From positions 10,726,001 through 10,790,000 of the forward strand of contig NC_134025.1 in NCBI RefSeq assembly GCF_964204645.1: a DNA stretch of 64,000 nucleotides, in the 5' to 3' direction. Each line of letters begins with the position of its first letter. The first letter of the stretch is position 1. Both the position numbers and the translations under genes were made by a program. Positions 40,887 through 54,545 of this stretch are shown here, one piece after another. A model generated the notes under the pieces. It was not told the origin of the DNA and made no database searches. It saw only the letters and a program-made list of their open reading frames with translations. Source of the stretch: Tubulanus polymorphus (taxonomy: Eukaryota > Animalia > Nemertea).

Positions 40887-43800
40887 ATGGCGGACGGGAT
40901 AAATCCTGTTGTTAGTAAAAACATACCTCCTTCACATCAAAGCGGTGGTCCTGCTACAGCTACTGCCCCTGTTGGAGGAGCTGGAACAGATGCCTTCGAT
41001 ACTTTCTATTCCGAGGTAGGAAAATAAGATTTTTTTTTTGATTGGTCAATGGCTAATGGAGAAATAAATTGAAAAATGAAAAACCATCAGGTGGCGTCCA
41101 TTTTCTGAACATGTTTTCTGAGAATGCATCGAAATTAAATTAAGAATCCTTTCATCCTCATTATGATTATCAGTAACCGGTATGATTCAAGAATAGGGGA
41201 CTAGTGGTTAGGTTTAGGGTTAGGGTTAGGTTTAGTTCCCTAATCTTCATTAATTACTATATTACTATCATTATATATCATCATTATCAATTACTATTAT
41301 TATTACTTATTTGATTACTATCACTACATATATATCGCTATAGTCCCCTATTCTTGAATCGCACCTCATCGAAACCTCCTTTCTGTCCAGGTGGTATGAT
41401 TCGGATTTTGTGTGGAGCCAACCAGAGATTTCGGAGGTCATAAAAGAGTACGCCCCTTAAGTCAGTGTTGGCTTGACCCATTAGCGGCGCTAGGCCTACT
41501 CCCTCTCCACCACTGACACCAGGAGGGCCCCTCAAAATATTGTTGTAAAAAAATTTATGATTCACCATTTTGGATATAATGACATAATTATGAATCAAGG
41601 CCAACAATCGGCAACAGACAACGTTTTTGTTCACGGGAGTCCTGTTACGTAAGGTCTCCTTTGCATGTACCTAATTTTCTGACCGGTCTTTAAGGCCTAA
41701 TGATTGGCTACATCCCTTATGATACTTGCTTATATAACTTTTTTCAGGTAAAAGCAATTGAGAAGCGAGATTCTGTTTATACCTGCAAGCAACAAATCGA
41801 TCGGCTAACTCGACCTGGATCGACGTACTTTAATCTGAATCCGTTCGACGTGAGTAATGTTCAGTTCATTGATATCGAATGAATGAAACCTGTCCTCCAC
41901 GGCTGCCCTGGGCCCGGTTCCACAGTTCTGACTTAAATTTGACCCTTGAGTTAAAACATTGAAAATGAACTGATTTTAACTCAGACTTAACTCTAACTCA
42001 CAACTGTGAAACTGGGCCCTGCAGTTTAAACATTGAAAATGAACTGATTTTAACTCAGACTTTACTCAAACTCACAACTGTGGAACCGGGCCCTGGTGTG
42101 CTAGCCGAATTCTAGCTGCGTTGTGACAGTTTGCAGGGAAATAGCCGCCGTCATCTGTCCATCGTCAACTATTACTAGTTTTATCATGGATCGAGATGAA
42201 ACTTAGTACCTGGGCCAAGGCAATAGGCCTAATGAACTCGGGTGTTCTAGCAGTAGTCGCTATCTTTCTGTGATATAGTACTTGTTCTACAGTTTTTGTT
42301 GGATCTCTGCTAGACTTTCTATTGATATTGTATGGGTCTTGGGCTACTATGAAATGAAGTTTGCAAAACACAGCATAGCTATATCAGCTGATAGGCTGCT
42401 GAAGATAAATTTTGAAATTCAATCAATCTTTGGTCATCACTGATAAATCTGTGCGTGAGCCCAGTTTCACCAAAAAGTTAATTCAAATTTGTGGTTAATT
42501 TACTACTTCAAACTTAACTGTTTTAAGCTTAAACTTTTTTGTGACACTGGACACTGGACTTGATAGTGTTAAGGTTAAGCTACGTCACTTTTATTTTCTA
42601 CAGGCACTGCACATAGATCCTGACACGCCTTTATCCGATATCAAAAAGAAATATCGACAGGTAGGCTATGTTGTTCGAATAAACACTAATCCATCTTAGC
42701 TTGTGATGAATGAAAAGTTTTAGTAATTTTCTGTGTTTATTCATCTGAGACTACAATGAAATCTATTAGACATCTAGGCCTACAGCCAAACTTGGTTAAG
42801 TCTTCATCAAATTTTCAAGTTGTCTCTATTTTTGTTTCGTAATTTCAATGCCTAATTCAATATACTGGTACAAAGTGTTAGTCATCATTTGGATAAGTCA
42901 TCAACATAATTTAATGGTCCCGGCTTTTGTTTGACTGTATTTTTGCTGTTGAAACTGTTTATTCTATATAAGTAATTGAATATTTCAGATGTCCATATTG
43001 GTGCATCCGGACAAAAATACTGATGACCCAGAGAGAGCCCAAACAGCTTTTGAAGGTAGAGTCAAGCCTCTATTGGCGTGTCCAAGGCTTAATTGTTTCC
43101 TACTGTTGAGTTTGAGCTGAAATGTAAATACCTGATTAGCGATAACATAGTTCAGTTATCCATCACAGTTGGTTCTCCACCAAATAACCATTGGTTCAAT
43201 AAGTGGCTATAGTGGATGATTTTTAAGTTGACTACAGCAAAACCTCAGTGAATGCCTGTTGGAACTGAGCGAAGTGTTCACTGTTGAGTTTGAGCTGAAA
43301 TGTTAATTCCTGATTAGTGATAACGTAGTTCAGTTATCCGTCACAGTCGATTATCCACCAAAAAGCCATAAGTGGCTATAGTGGATAATCATGAGTGGAC
43401 TACAGTAAAACCTCTCTACAGTGAATGCCTATGGGACCGAACAAAAAAGTGTTCACTATTGAAGGTGTTCACTATAGGGAGGGACAGCCGCGCAGGCCAT
43501 GATGTGACATTGGGTGACACCTAATATCTTCCTATAAATCCACAACTGCAAGCAAATCGAAACACTGAATTGATCAAAATTATGACTGAAATATGCTTTC
43601 ATTACTAGTACTTAAGAGAGTTAGTTCTGAAAAAAACTTGTGCAGAATGAGTGATTTGTATAGACCAGTAGACTTATTAAGTTCACTAAGAGAGGTTTTA
43701 CTGTATCGGTTATCAAAAGTGTCTATATTCATGCTTTCAGCGGTTAATAAAGCTTGGAAAACATTGGAAAATGAAGAAGGCTATAGAAGATGTAAAGAAA

Positions 43801-45358
43801 TCATTGAAGAAGCAAAAAGTAGGACAGAAGAGATGGTATGTTGCTTTTTTCCCCCAGCAAAAACAGCAACGCTCGGTCTCATAAAGATTCAGTTACTGTA
43901 TGATGAAACAATTTATTTTTGCAGATAAAAACGAAGAAAAAACAACTGAAAAAAGAAGGAAAACCTCAAGATATTCCCGAGGACGAACCATCAGGGGTAA
44001 GTTGAAGAATTCAGTTAATGTTGTGTAGAGTTGAATACCGACTTGATATAGGCCTAAGATTTAAGTTTAAAACATTTGGTACAATTTCAACTAAACATTG
44101 ATTGATTAATTCAAAGAGAATTCTTTTTCCTGTGCTGTCTTCAATGCTTTAAGAAGATGAGAAAAAGTTTTTTTGTGTTTTTATAGTACAAACATGCGGT
44201 GTATGTTCAGACCTGTAAATTATTTGCTGATTTGGAACGACTACGACAACAAAGAGAAACTCAGGAGATGCACGAACGGTAAGATTAATCGATTTTACCG
44301 CTGCTTTTGAAATTAGTGCTTTCTGAAACTTGTCGCGTTTATGCAGACCATCAATCTAGTTAGTGTATACACGGAAACGAAAATACATGAAGAGAAAAAT
44401 ATAGCTTCTTTCTTCAAGTATTAGTTGAAGATTTTAATATGGCTTCTATTTCACTGTCTGAGTAGCTACACATTGAATTTTTACTGCTTTGTATGGAAAC
44501 TATGTTTCTTAACTAAGCGACAGTATTAGTTTTAATTAGTATGAATTGAATCAGTCTTTTTGGTTTGAAAGCATAGGAAAACATACCCTGAATGGTGGTC
44601 CACCCTCCTTGAATATATAGTGGTGTTTTTGGATTACTGATTTCCCATGGATGAATTTAGTTGGAAAATTGCTTACATGGAGACTCGGCCAGAATGGTTG
44701 TGTATGCAAAATCTAAGCAAAGTACATGTATATCTTTTCAAAAAAGAGTATAGACGCAATGATTTAACTCATTCATAGTATTGATAACTGGTCGTTGGTT
44801 GTCATTTGGATGCATACCACATGAAAGAGATGTTCTAAATTAAATCTTATTCACATAGGAAAAGAAAAGCTGAAGAAGAAGCAGATGAGGTAGAAAGAAA
44901 GAAGACGCACGCTGAGTGGAATAAGAATTATGAGGTGAATATTATTTCCGATATTCGTAAGAGTAAATTGCGAGTCTACTTCATTTAGATTTCGTGCACT
45001 TGCACCAACTGATCTCTGAAGCAGCAGTTATTTTGATGACCGGTAGACTGATATAATCTCAATTATTTTGAAGTGGATAATTGAACCCACAATTGATGAT
45101 GATTTTGAATAGATTTATTTTGCTATTGTTTCAATGTTTTACTTAACATTTTCTCGGTTTGTTCCTCTGATGATGAGAGGTTTATTATCATTACCTGGTC
45201 AGTTTGTGATGTATCTCATTGTTTTTCTCCATATATTTCAGGAAAGTCGTAGCGGCCGCGTGGACAGCTGGCGAACCTGGTCCAAAGGTGGTAAAAAGAC
45301 GAAATTCATGAAGGGAGGATTTAAACCGCCGAAAACTAAACAAGAAAAAAGAGACTGA
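40887..45358 (+). CDS. DNAJC8: DnaJ homolog subfamily C member 8 (SPF31; 9 exons, 268 aa)
   Basis: Exons 40887-41015, 41748-41849, 42604-42660, 42989-43055, 43741-43835, 43925-43996, 44187-44278, 44859-44934, 45242-45358 total 807 nt in frame. FYSEVKAIEKRDSV..QIDRLTRPGSTYFNLNPF, J-domain with VHPDKN, KLFADLE, ESRSGRVDSWR, FKPPKTKQE. Confidence 0.96.
41910..42093. mobile_element. Harbinger-type MITE family B with duplicated 3' half
   Basis: GGGCCCGGTTCCACAG ... CTGTGRAACYGGGCCC, with the 3' ~70 bp tandemly duplicated. Further copies at ~42459-42551, 48574-48679, 49053-49168 and 49199-49278. Confidence 0.7.
43103..43460. repeat. Diverged ~178 bp tandem duplication in DNAJC8 intron 4
   Basis: CTGTTGAGTTTGAGCTGAAATGT at 43103 and 43281, with collinear downstream similarity. 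Confidence 0.75.
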
Positions 45359-46039
45359 TAAGATATCGAAAGAGCTTCTAAGATAGTACGGACCCTTCAC
45401 CCTGTTACTGTATGGATAGTTCTTGGATATTGTTGATCTCAGTGGGGTATATTCGTGCGTGTACTGTAAAAATATGGCTGCTGTGTCGAAAAAGAAAAAA
45501 TGGCTATCAAGATGAACTAGATGAGCTTATTTCATGTGTATGGTATAGATACAGTCAACTCCGCTTACTCGGTTCTGGTCAACTCATGACAACTGTGCTC
45601 AAGTCGGTAACACTTTTGACCATTCTGAACTATTTAGTTTAATATTTACAGCCTCGATACTGCATAAGGTGGAGTCCACTCGATCGTAAATTTGTTGTCA
45701 CAACTGAGTTGAGCGAACAGCGTCGTCATAATTCAACGGTTACAATATAACGTACTTTGTTTTTAGATGTTAGTCATAAATTCTCGGGGGCGGATCCAGA
45801 GGCCAACTTTGCAGGACTTGTTGCATCCCAAAAGGGGATGTCCAAAAAGGTGTACTCCCGTACAGAGGGGCTAATTTTGAAGAATTTGCCAAGTCCAAAA
45901 GGGCACTTTGATGTCCAAACTACTAAGTGTACTCACGCAATGAAAATCACCAATTATCTGTGTTGACAAAATGAAAAAGGGCGCTCAAAAATTTTGATGG
46001 ACTTGTACAAGTCTCACAAGTCCCCCTGGTTCTGCCCCA

Positions 46040-46183
46040 GGGGCCGGTTGCATAGTCATGGCTTAGACTTAAGACCAGTCTAAGACCAACTTAGTCGGTA
46101 ACTTAGCCAATCTAACAACTTAAGACCAGTCTTAAGATTTAAGACCACTTTTGGACTTAACTCACAACTGTGCAACTGGCCCC
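46040..46183 (-). mobile_element. PIF/Harbinger-type MITE, family A copy 3
   Basis: Near-identical to 13187-13325. Confidence 0.8.
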
Positions 46184-49100
46184 TGATTCTAGATATGGAA
46201 TTAAGTTCGTGTTTTGTATGTTTATCCTGTACAGTTTTATGTAGTAATGAATGATTATTTTTTATCGCGTTCGTTGATGAGTTGTATTGTATTGTTCAAC
46301 CGATAAAAAATACGACTTATGATAACAGGGTCATACAACGGTGTGCATCAAAATACGAAATATCACGTGTATTCGAATGTCAAATTTATTTTTACACGAG
46401 CTAGCACCAATGATGGTCCGATAATTTTTGTGGCTGGTCCGGTGCCCTATTTATTCATTGCAAAACAGACTGCATTTACCGGTACTACTCCCCGGATTCA
46501 TCGAAGCCAGATGTAATATTATTAACGAATACCGGTATGTATAGTTGTAAAAAATATTGTTTATAATAAAATCTGACATCTTAAACGTATTGAAGAATGT
46601 GTTATTATTTCATTGCATGTTGGATTATCCTGGCATTGTGGCGTTTCAATCGCAAGGTTTCTGATGAGGCACTTTTCCCACCTGCAACCAATACGACAGG
46701 GGGTCATTCATTTATTACGTACGCATTAGGGGAGAGGGGAGGGGTCGGTGCAATTGCGTACTGTAATGCTTAATGTATATGAAAAATGGCAGATTTTGCG
46801 TACAGAATGCACTGAAATTCCAAAAATTTCTAGACCCCTAGTCTCGGCTGCTTGGATACTTACCTTGCCCTATTTCTTTGTGCTCCCGTCAGTCTGCTGA
46901 TGAAAGTTGCTGTGAAAATCGGCCCTACTCGATGTTGAGGATTCTTTCGTCAATAGTTTTAGCCCAGTGTTAGCCAGTGACGATGCTGTATACCGCAAGT
47001 TACTACAGACAGGGTTTCACTCGAAATCTGGATTTGGTTGCTGCCAATACAAGCCCTTGTTGATGCCTAGGGTGTCTTCTCTGCGGCGTTCATTTCTGCC
47101 TGGTAGCAAGATTTCGGGAGTGTTGTGGTATAGTAATCCTCGGATGACAGTACTGTACTTCGTCCAATATTCAAGTTGAACAGAACACCAAAAGATGCTT
47201 AAGTGGCATTTGGGGCTTATTTGGGGCTTAAGTGGAAAATTATAATTGCAGGTACGTATCAATCTGCTTTCTAGAATCACCCCTTTCACACATTCACCAT
47301 TGAAATGATGAGTGAAAATGACTGGTGTCCAAATACCACTGCAGGTCTGGAACATGTGGAGCATAAAAACTGTAAAATATGTTGAATACGTTCAAGGGGT
47401 TGGGTCCAGGATGCAGATCGACGTGCCTGCATTACAACCATTTTTGATGAACTACTTTACGTCTTAAACAAACAGAAAAATACATAAACAATAGCTTTGC
47501 ATTCATAACGAGTTACTGTAATTAATATCATTTATTACCGCTGAATAAAGATGACATCTTGTTACGACTTCTTGTATAAATTAAACAAATTTAAAACCAC
47601 CGGGTAAAAAATGAGACAGAATTCACACCACAAAATTATATAAACCAACAGTTTTAGTATATTGGGACATGAGTTCTACAGTTTATTTCAATTCTACAGT
47701 GGAACTCCGTAATAACGCCCTCAGACACTAATCAGTTACATACTACAAACCTAGAATTTAGTCCCAAATACGCAGGTTCCTACAGATGGAAGCGTCTGCA
47801 TTACTTTCATATTCCAATTACAGTAGTAGACTTCACCTAGATAGGTGCCGTTTATCTCGATAAACTGTTAATTTGGTGGTTTGATAAGCAAATATGTATC
47901 CTTGACACTACCTAAACTTGGTTTCTAATATAGTTACCACTGAATTGGGTAACAAAAGATCCTGCTTCCAACTGTAGCGAATTGGGCATATTAGTCTTAT
48001 GAACAAATTCTTAAGTATCTAATTTGCCTATCTCTCAAAATTTTGCTCAAATTAAAGTAGTTTCAAGCACCTTTAAAAGCATTTTCCCGTTTGAAGAATC
48101 AAGGAGTCATATTGGCCCCGATATAAAATTTCACACTAGATGCAACAGTCTTTCTAACATACTTTCTAGTCCCCCGAAGTTAGTTTTAACGAGGTTCCAC
48201 TGTAATTTATTTTGAGAAGGTAAGAGCTGTCCATTCTATGACTTCCGTGACAAAATTTTGATTCGAGTTCAACTGTCGAACTGGGTCCACTTGAGGAACA
48301 AATACTTAACCTTTTATTCTTGAATATACAAAAATTATTCGCTAAAACCTTAAAAATTTGATTAAATACTATGCACCTGGCAAGGATTGGCAAAATATTA
48401 ACTACATGTAGTTTATTTTATATCTCTCCTATGTTTTACATTAATTAAAATGAAAAAATTCATCAATATTGCAATAATTTATAGTACAAACAAAATCTTA
48501 CGATAAAGCACACCGCTTTAATTAGGCCTGTGTAAGGCAGTTCTTACAAAAATTCTACGAATGAAATAACTCTGGATCCAGTTCCACAGGAGTTAAATTT
48601 GACTCAGAGTTAACTCATTGAAAACGAATTGATTTTAACTCAAAAGTTAACTCTAACTCAGAACTGTGGAACTGGGTTCTGCAGTATATCACAAAATAAT
48701 CAGTCCACATTTTGTTTTTTTAACTACAATGCCTCGATATCTTCTAAAATCATATTCGAGAAAAGAAATACGAAGGTTTAACGACGGAAGAACAAGAAAC
48801 AATATATTTGGATTCACTTCACCGATGAAATTAGTAAAACCTACTAATTCAGCATCGGTTCAATCCAGATCATCAAACAGGTCAATTGTACAAACCTGAC
48901 TACCACTACTAGTTGAAAGTAGTTACTACTCTTTTTAAAAGCTCAATAACATTCTCAAAATCAGAATGGTTTCTTATTCATTTTCAATTACCGGTAATTT
49001 ACTATATAGATAACCAAGGTAGTAAAGTTCGATTGTACTTAACTATATTCAAGGGCCAGTTCTGCAATTCCCGGTGAAAATTTGACTATAGGGTTAAAAC

Positions 49101-49726
49101 ATGATTGAAAATGACTTATTCTAACTGGTTAGTCAAACTAAACCAAGATAAGAACTACAGAACTGGGTCGTAATGTATAGAAAATGTGATTTTTATCAGG
49201 ACCCGGTTCCACAGTCATGAGCTTAAAATATAAGTTAAATATCTGAAAAGGCCTTATTTGAATCGTGGAACTGGGTCCTGTGTTATGGAATGTTTGGCCA
49301 ACTGATCACCACTATGATATTTTGAAAGCAATTAAAAGCTCACAGATGCCCGTCAAAGCATGTCACAGAAAAGATTTTCGCCGAGCCACTGCTTTCCTTC
49401 AAAAACAGGTCTCCATGTCACCGCAAAATAAATCGCACTGGCGACAGGAACTTTAGTAAACATTTAACAGTCCCCGTGCCCTTTAATAGCGTAAAAATAA
49501 TTCAGTTGAATAGGTGCCATTGCGTTATAATATACTAGTAATCTTCGAAATGACTTTAGTAATGAAGATAAACCTTATCATCAGGGTAAAGTTTGTATTA
49601 TATCAGATAGGGCTTAAACCAAAATGTGGTTTGTAAAAATTATCCCAAAGTTCATAGCAATGATCGCGAATCAACTGAACTGAGCACCGATGCCGCCAAG
49701 CCGGGCTAAAACGTTCGCGTTATCTA

Positions 49727-52145
49727 TCATGAATTCAAAAGAGTCCGTAACACAGAATTTGATGAGCTTGAGGCCGGTGGTGTCAACGGCGGCTTCTGAT
49801 ACCGTTGTTGTTGTTGCTGCTGTTGTAAATCTTCATCGTTCGTCATTTTCAGTAAAATTTCCTTCATAATGAGACTAGCCATCGTCGGCGTTTTACTTTG
49901 CGATTTCTGATTCAAGATCTCGCGCAATTTCGATTTGCAAGAACTAGTAGTGGTAGTAGTGGTAGTAGTGGTAGAAGTAGCACTGGCGGTAGCGCTACTA
50001 GAAATATCAGAAGAATGTTGACCTTGTAGTCGCTGGCTAGTTTTGCTACTTGCAGCCGTTGCGACGGAGCGCGTGTCCACGGTATTCATTTGACTAGTAT
50101 TAACGACGACCCTCGGGGGCCTCATCAAATTCGAATACGGCATTCGACTAGTAGTATTAGTAATAGCGTAATTCGAATTTGAGTTAAAGTTTCTATCGTA
50201 ACTCGAATGCACCGCGCCGTCGCCTGTAGTTTGCGTTCGTTTCAGTCGTTTCGACGATGCGGATGTCGAGTCCGCCTGCGCGTAATCATCGTCGCTATAA
50301 ACCCGCCGACCGCGCGTTTCATTTTGCGGCGTTTTGCGTGCAATTCCCGGCGCAACGCAGCGCGATGCGTTCAACGTCTGTCGCGTGATCGGGTAATTCT
50401 CGTAAAACATCGTCGGGCTATCGGCGCGCTCGCACCACGGATTGACGCTGCTGCCTTCGATCAGTTCGTCCTCGTCGAACGGTTCGCATTTTATCACGTT
50501 CACTTCCGAGCGACAGCTATCGACGTTCATACTTTGACTTATTTCAGAGTTCGTATCGCTGTCATGATATTGAAGCGGTTCCTCTTTTATTCCGGCTTGA
50601 TTTATGCCCCAACAACCGGAGTTTTCGATTACGGAAGTCTCTGGATGATTACCTGTGCCGACCTCTGGAACATTCTCAGGCGACTGATGTGAGCGTCTGT
50701 ATGATACAACCTGATGCTGCGTATCATTCTCCTTGTTCAACGGTGAATTATTCAAATCGGGACAACAGTTTCCTACGATGAAAAATCAATAAATTAATCA
50801 TTTCAAAAACAAAATCATTGAATACAGTAGACTTTGCCTACCTTGCATTCATAATATTCCAATACTGCATCTCAAAGTCAGCCTTTGATATGAGAACAAG
50901 TTGGTTGTGGTACATATGTTCAAACAATTTAACAACGATGGATACCAGAGTTGTAATCAACTGTAACCAACTGGTTTATCAAACACATTTACAGATCCAA
51001 GTAAAAGTCTCAAATTATTGCTGGGGGGGATAAGCCCCAATTTTAGTTCAACTGCATATCGGTATAGGACCAAAACTGTACAAGGGTAGATCTAGGATTC
51101 TTGAAATGGGAATGAGCATTTAATTTGAAAAGAGCAGATTCGGCAATGCGAGGCAGAAATTTTAGCTTTTCTTGCCCTCAACGCAGCCCATTTGGATCTA
51201 TTTTTGGAGTTTATTTTCGCAAGTCTTTTTAAAATTTGCGTCGCAAAAAAATCTTTTTTACTGACTTTATGGGGGAAAATTCAAATTTCGAAGGGCGTGG
51301 ACCAGTCCACCCGGTTCACCCCCCTAAATCTGTCCTTCCTGTGTAATACTGACCTGCTATAGGGAAACGTATTCTATGCCATCTATTCCAAACGTCACTG
51401 TCGACTGATGCCGCAATATCATCCAATAATTCTATATGTTCGAGAATGATATTCTTCAAATTTTCTCCCGACACGACCACTTCTGAAATCATATGTATGG
51501 AGACATGGTAGATGAAATCGCATTCGCGGAAGTTTGTAAGAGACAGCGAACTATCCCATTACAAAATTTAGTCAAACGTATCTCAGAACTGTGGAACTGG
51601 CTGGGTACTGACTTAAATGCAGCCCACTTTATCGGGGAGTCCCGCACTCATACTACAATATTGTGGTCAAAGTTGCTGATAGGATATTTGCAAGACAAGA
51701 TTATGAACACATAACGCCAGATGATTGAATACGCATGAAGTTTGGGCGATCAAACAAATGCCTATAGTGTCAAATATCTGGGGCGAGTGTACACCGTCTG
51801 AGACAAGGTCCGGAAGAGAAGTGGAGCTTAGCAAATAAACATTTGGAATTAATGTAGGCCTACATAATGATTCTGTGAATCTCCGGCCTTGTCAGTAACC
51901 TGACTGTGGTTTAGTTTCACGATCGGATATTTTCACAAACCACATGGTATAAGCCCATCCGATTATAAAAAGCTTACCACCAATGATTAGGTAACTATCT
52001 CCGGCCCAGCCTGGTGACCAGGCTCTGTCCGTATCGGGAAGGAAACATCTGTACAAAATTAAGAAAATTCAAGCAATAAAAAAGACTGATCACATTACCT
52101 AATTTCACTTGCATCGTGCAGGTTCTTTTTACAACAATGCTCTGT
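49727..52145 (-). CDS. Uncharacterised protein (at least 430 aa, 5' end unresolved) with disordered Ser/Thr/Gln-rich C-terminus
   Basis: Phase-compatible GT-AG exons 52145-52099, 52048-51978, 51482-51354, 50772-49727 total 1293 nt in frame to TGA. The last exon contains the 342 aa ORF. No recognised domain; the two smallest exons are less certain. Confidence 0.7.
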
Positions 52146-52631
52146 CTGCAATTAAAACAAAAATTGTTTCCATTTGCGTTGCCTTGTTGGATTTCCAATC
52201 AGTAACCGTATGGTGCTGCCGCCTGGATAAATTCCTACTCTGTCTTTCCAATAAAACGAAGTAAAAACCCCAGGCCCTTTATCTTCCCAGGATTTACAAG
52301 ACCATATTCTTATTAGACGTGATTTCTTTGATGGGCTGTTTTTCTTTAACAGTGGCCAAACGTTCACGAATAAGCACAAAAATCACTTACAAGAATTATT
52401 TGACCTCAATTTTACCTTCTTCGTCCACCTTTTGAGTATCGTGAATTAATCGCTAGCTGGATATTACAAGCGTTTGGGTTCGAATCCCTACTTCACGAAA
52501 ATACAAAAATGCAAATACGAACTAGTGGCGATGGCTTTGTTCACGGGAACAAGATATTTTCAGTGTATATGTGATCAAAGGACCAAGTTTCCGCTCACGG
52601 GCATAGGTCAAGTCCCCGAGATCGCATCCAC

Positions 52632-52659
52632 CAGGGAAGTGTGTCATCACACTTCCCTG
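52632..52659. mobile_element. 28 bp TIR-only mini transposon with perfect 7 bp TSD
   Basis: CATCCAC-[CAGGGAAGTGTG-TCAT-CACACTTCCCTG]-CATCCAC. Confidence 0.7.
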
Positions 52660-53062
52660 CATCCACATACCGCATTATAGGATGGCGTTCAGATACCTTC
52701 GATACGTTTCACCTTCGGGCCACACACACTTCCTTGCCTTTTCAGAATAACACTATCAACACCTTTCAGAATACCACTATTTATTGACCGAATAAAACCT
52801 TCTCCTTGTAGCAAATTCTACAAAATGGCTAGAAATCAAGCGTGTATGACTTATCAAATTGACTACGCCAATACTATTAATTATGATTGATCAGATTTTT
52901 TTATAAAATTCAACTAATCAACTCTATAAACAATTTATTTAGTAATGAATAAGTATTATTAAGTGAGAGAGCTTTTTATGGAAACCCTGTCACCTAAACC
53001 AATACTAATCAACAAACCGAGCCGGACACCAGGCCACCACCAGGCCTCCTTCCGTCCGTGAA

Positions 53063-53174
<112 letters not shown>

Positions 53175-53591
53175 CTCTATGTAAAGTCGAATTTTCTAAG
53201 CCGATGAAAACTCACCATGTCGGCCGAAATATCTATTCCCAAGTTCTCAAAATAAAAGAAAATTAAATTTCTAAGTCGGCTTTGTTTTTTGTTCATTTAA
53301 AAAAAGGCAAACATTAAAGACTACTTTAAACCTGGACCGTATTGTGACAACAACTACATGGATAAGTCGACGATTGTGCAGGTCCCAAAGCCTGAGGCTA
53401 ACTTAGGCGGTCTGAGCTACTGATGCCTTGGTCTTGGAAAAAAGCGCTTTTCTACTTTTGTGGTTGGACGACGTGCCTTTATACTTTGGGGATGAACGAA
53501 AGGGCGAAATTCTTTATGGTAGATCGTGCCTCGACAGTGTGTCGTGTGAATCTGCGCCTGCCTGGGCGGTCTTGCCTCTCAGTCACAGTCT

Positions 53592-54545
53592 TGAGCTTGG
53601 GCGCTATCCTTTAGAGATTTATGTTAAACTGAGAATCGTTAAATTTTGGACAAAATTGATATAACAGACTGAACATTTTTCTTCTTTTATGTACAAATAT
53701 ATCTATCAAACGCACCACGGTGGTTGGAGTAACGCTTGGATTCTTAATGTTAAAAATATTCTTGTAAAAAATGGTCTCGGCCACGCTTGGGAAACTCAAT
53801 CTGTACCCAGTGCTAATTATCTTCATAGTATTTTGAAACAGAGACTCATGGATCAGTACGCACAAGGCTGGCACTCCAAGGTCAACGAAACACCAATTTG
53901 CTTAAACTACAAGCGTTTTAAAAACTGTTTTAAATTCGAAGAGTACCTGACCAAATTACCCCCCAGTCTCCGCCTAGCCTTGTGTCGATTCAGATGCTCG
54001 AACCATAAGTTACCTATTGAAATCGGTAGATATCGCCAGATTGCGCGAAACCATAGAATTTGTCAGAAATGTAATTTGGCAGCAACTGGAGACGAATTCC
54101 ATTTTCTTTTAGTATGTCCCTTTTTTCAAAGCCTGAGAAGCAAATTTATACCTAGTTACTACTGGCGACATCCCAATGAAAATACCCTACATAACCTTTT
54201 CTGTTCGAGAGGTAAAACTTTGCTCAATCTGGCGATATTCATTAAATCATTTACCTAATATAGTGTATAATTATCGGATCTCGATACTACAATTCCGCCT
54301 CATCTTTTGCGTTATAAATTCATTATGATTATAATTATTATAATTATAAGTATTATATTATTGCTATCACTATTATTATTATTATTTTTACTATTATCAT
54401 AATTTTTATTATTATAAATATAATTATTATTAATACTATCATTATATTTTTGTAATATGTTGTAATCTATGCGCTACTTTTGTGCTCTGTGCAATGTTAT
54501 TATAACTTGTGGAGTGAATAAACTAAACTGAAACTGAAACTGAAC
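53592..54545 (+). mobile_element. 5'-truncated non-LTR retrotransposon (LINE ORF2 C-terminus, CR1/L2-group-like)
   Basis: ELGRYPLEIYVKLRIVKFWTKLI* is in frame with ORF 53689-54258 (FEEYL..LCRFRCSNHKLPIEIGRY..ICQKC..GDEFHFLLVCP CCHC knuckle). AT-rich 3' UTR, AATAAA at ~54517, (AAACTG)n tail, and a premature TAA at 53662-53664. Confidence 0.85.

Noticed and set aside
41208-41233. TTAGGG-like repeats
   Set aside because: Only a few degenerate units inside an intron; not a telomere.
46856-46866. ATACTTACCT matching the U1 snRNA 5' end
   Set aside because: The following sequence does not continue as U1; it is just the complement of a donor consensus.
46863-47364. ORFs 47017-47364 (-) and 46967-47179 (+) with a nearby minus-strand donor
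   Set aside because: No recognisable protein and no phase-consistent exon chain could be built.
50207-50692. 161 aa plus-strand ORF
   Set aside because: Antisense shadow of the GC-rich coding exon on the minus strand.
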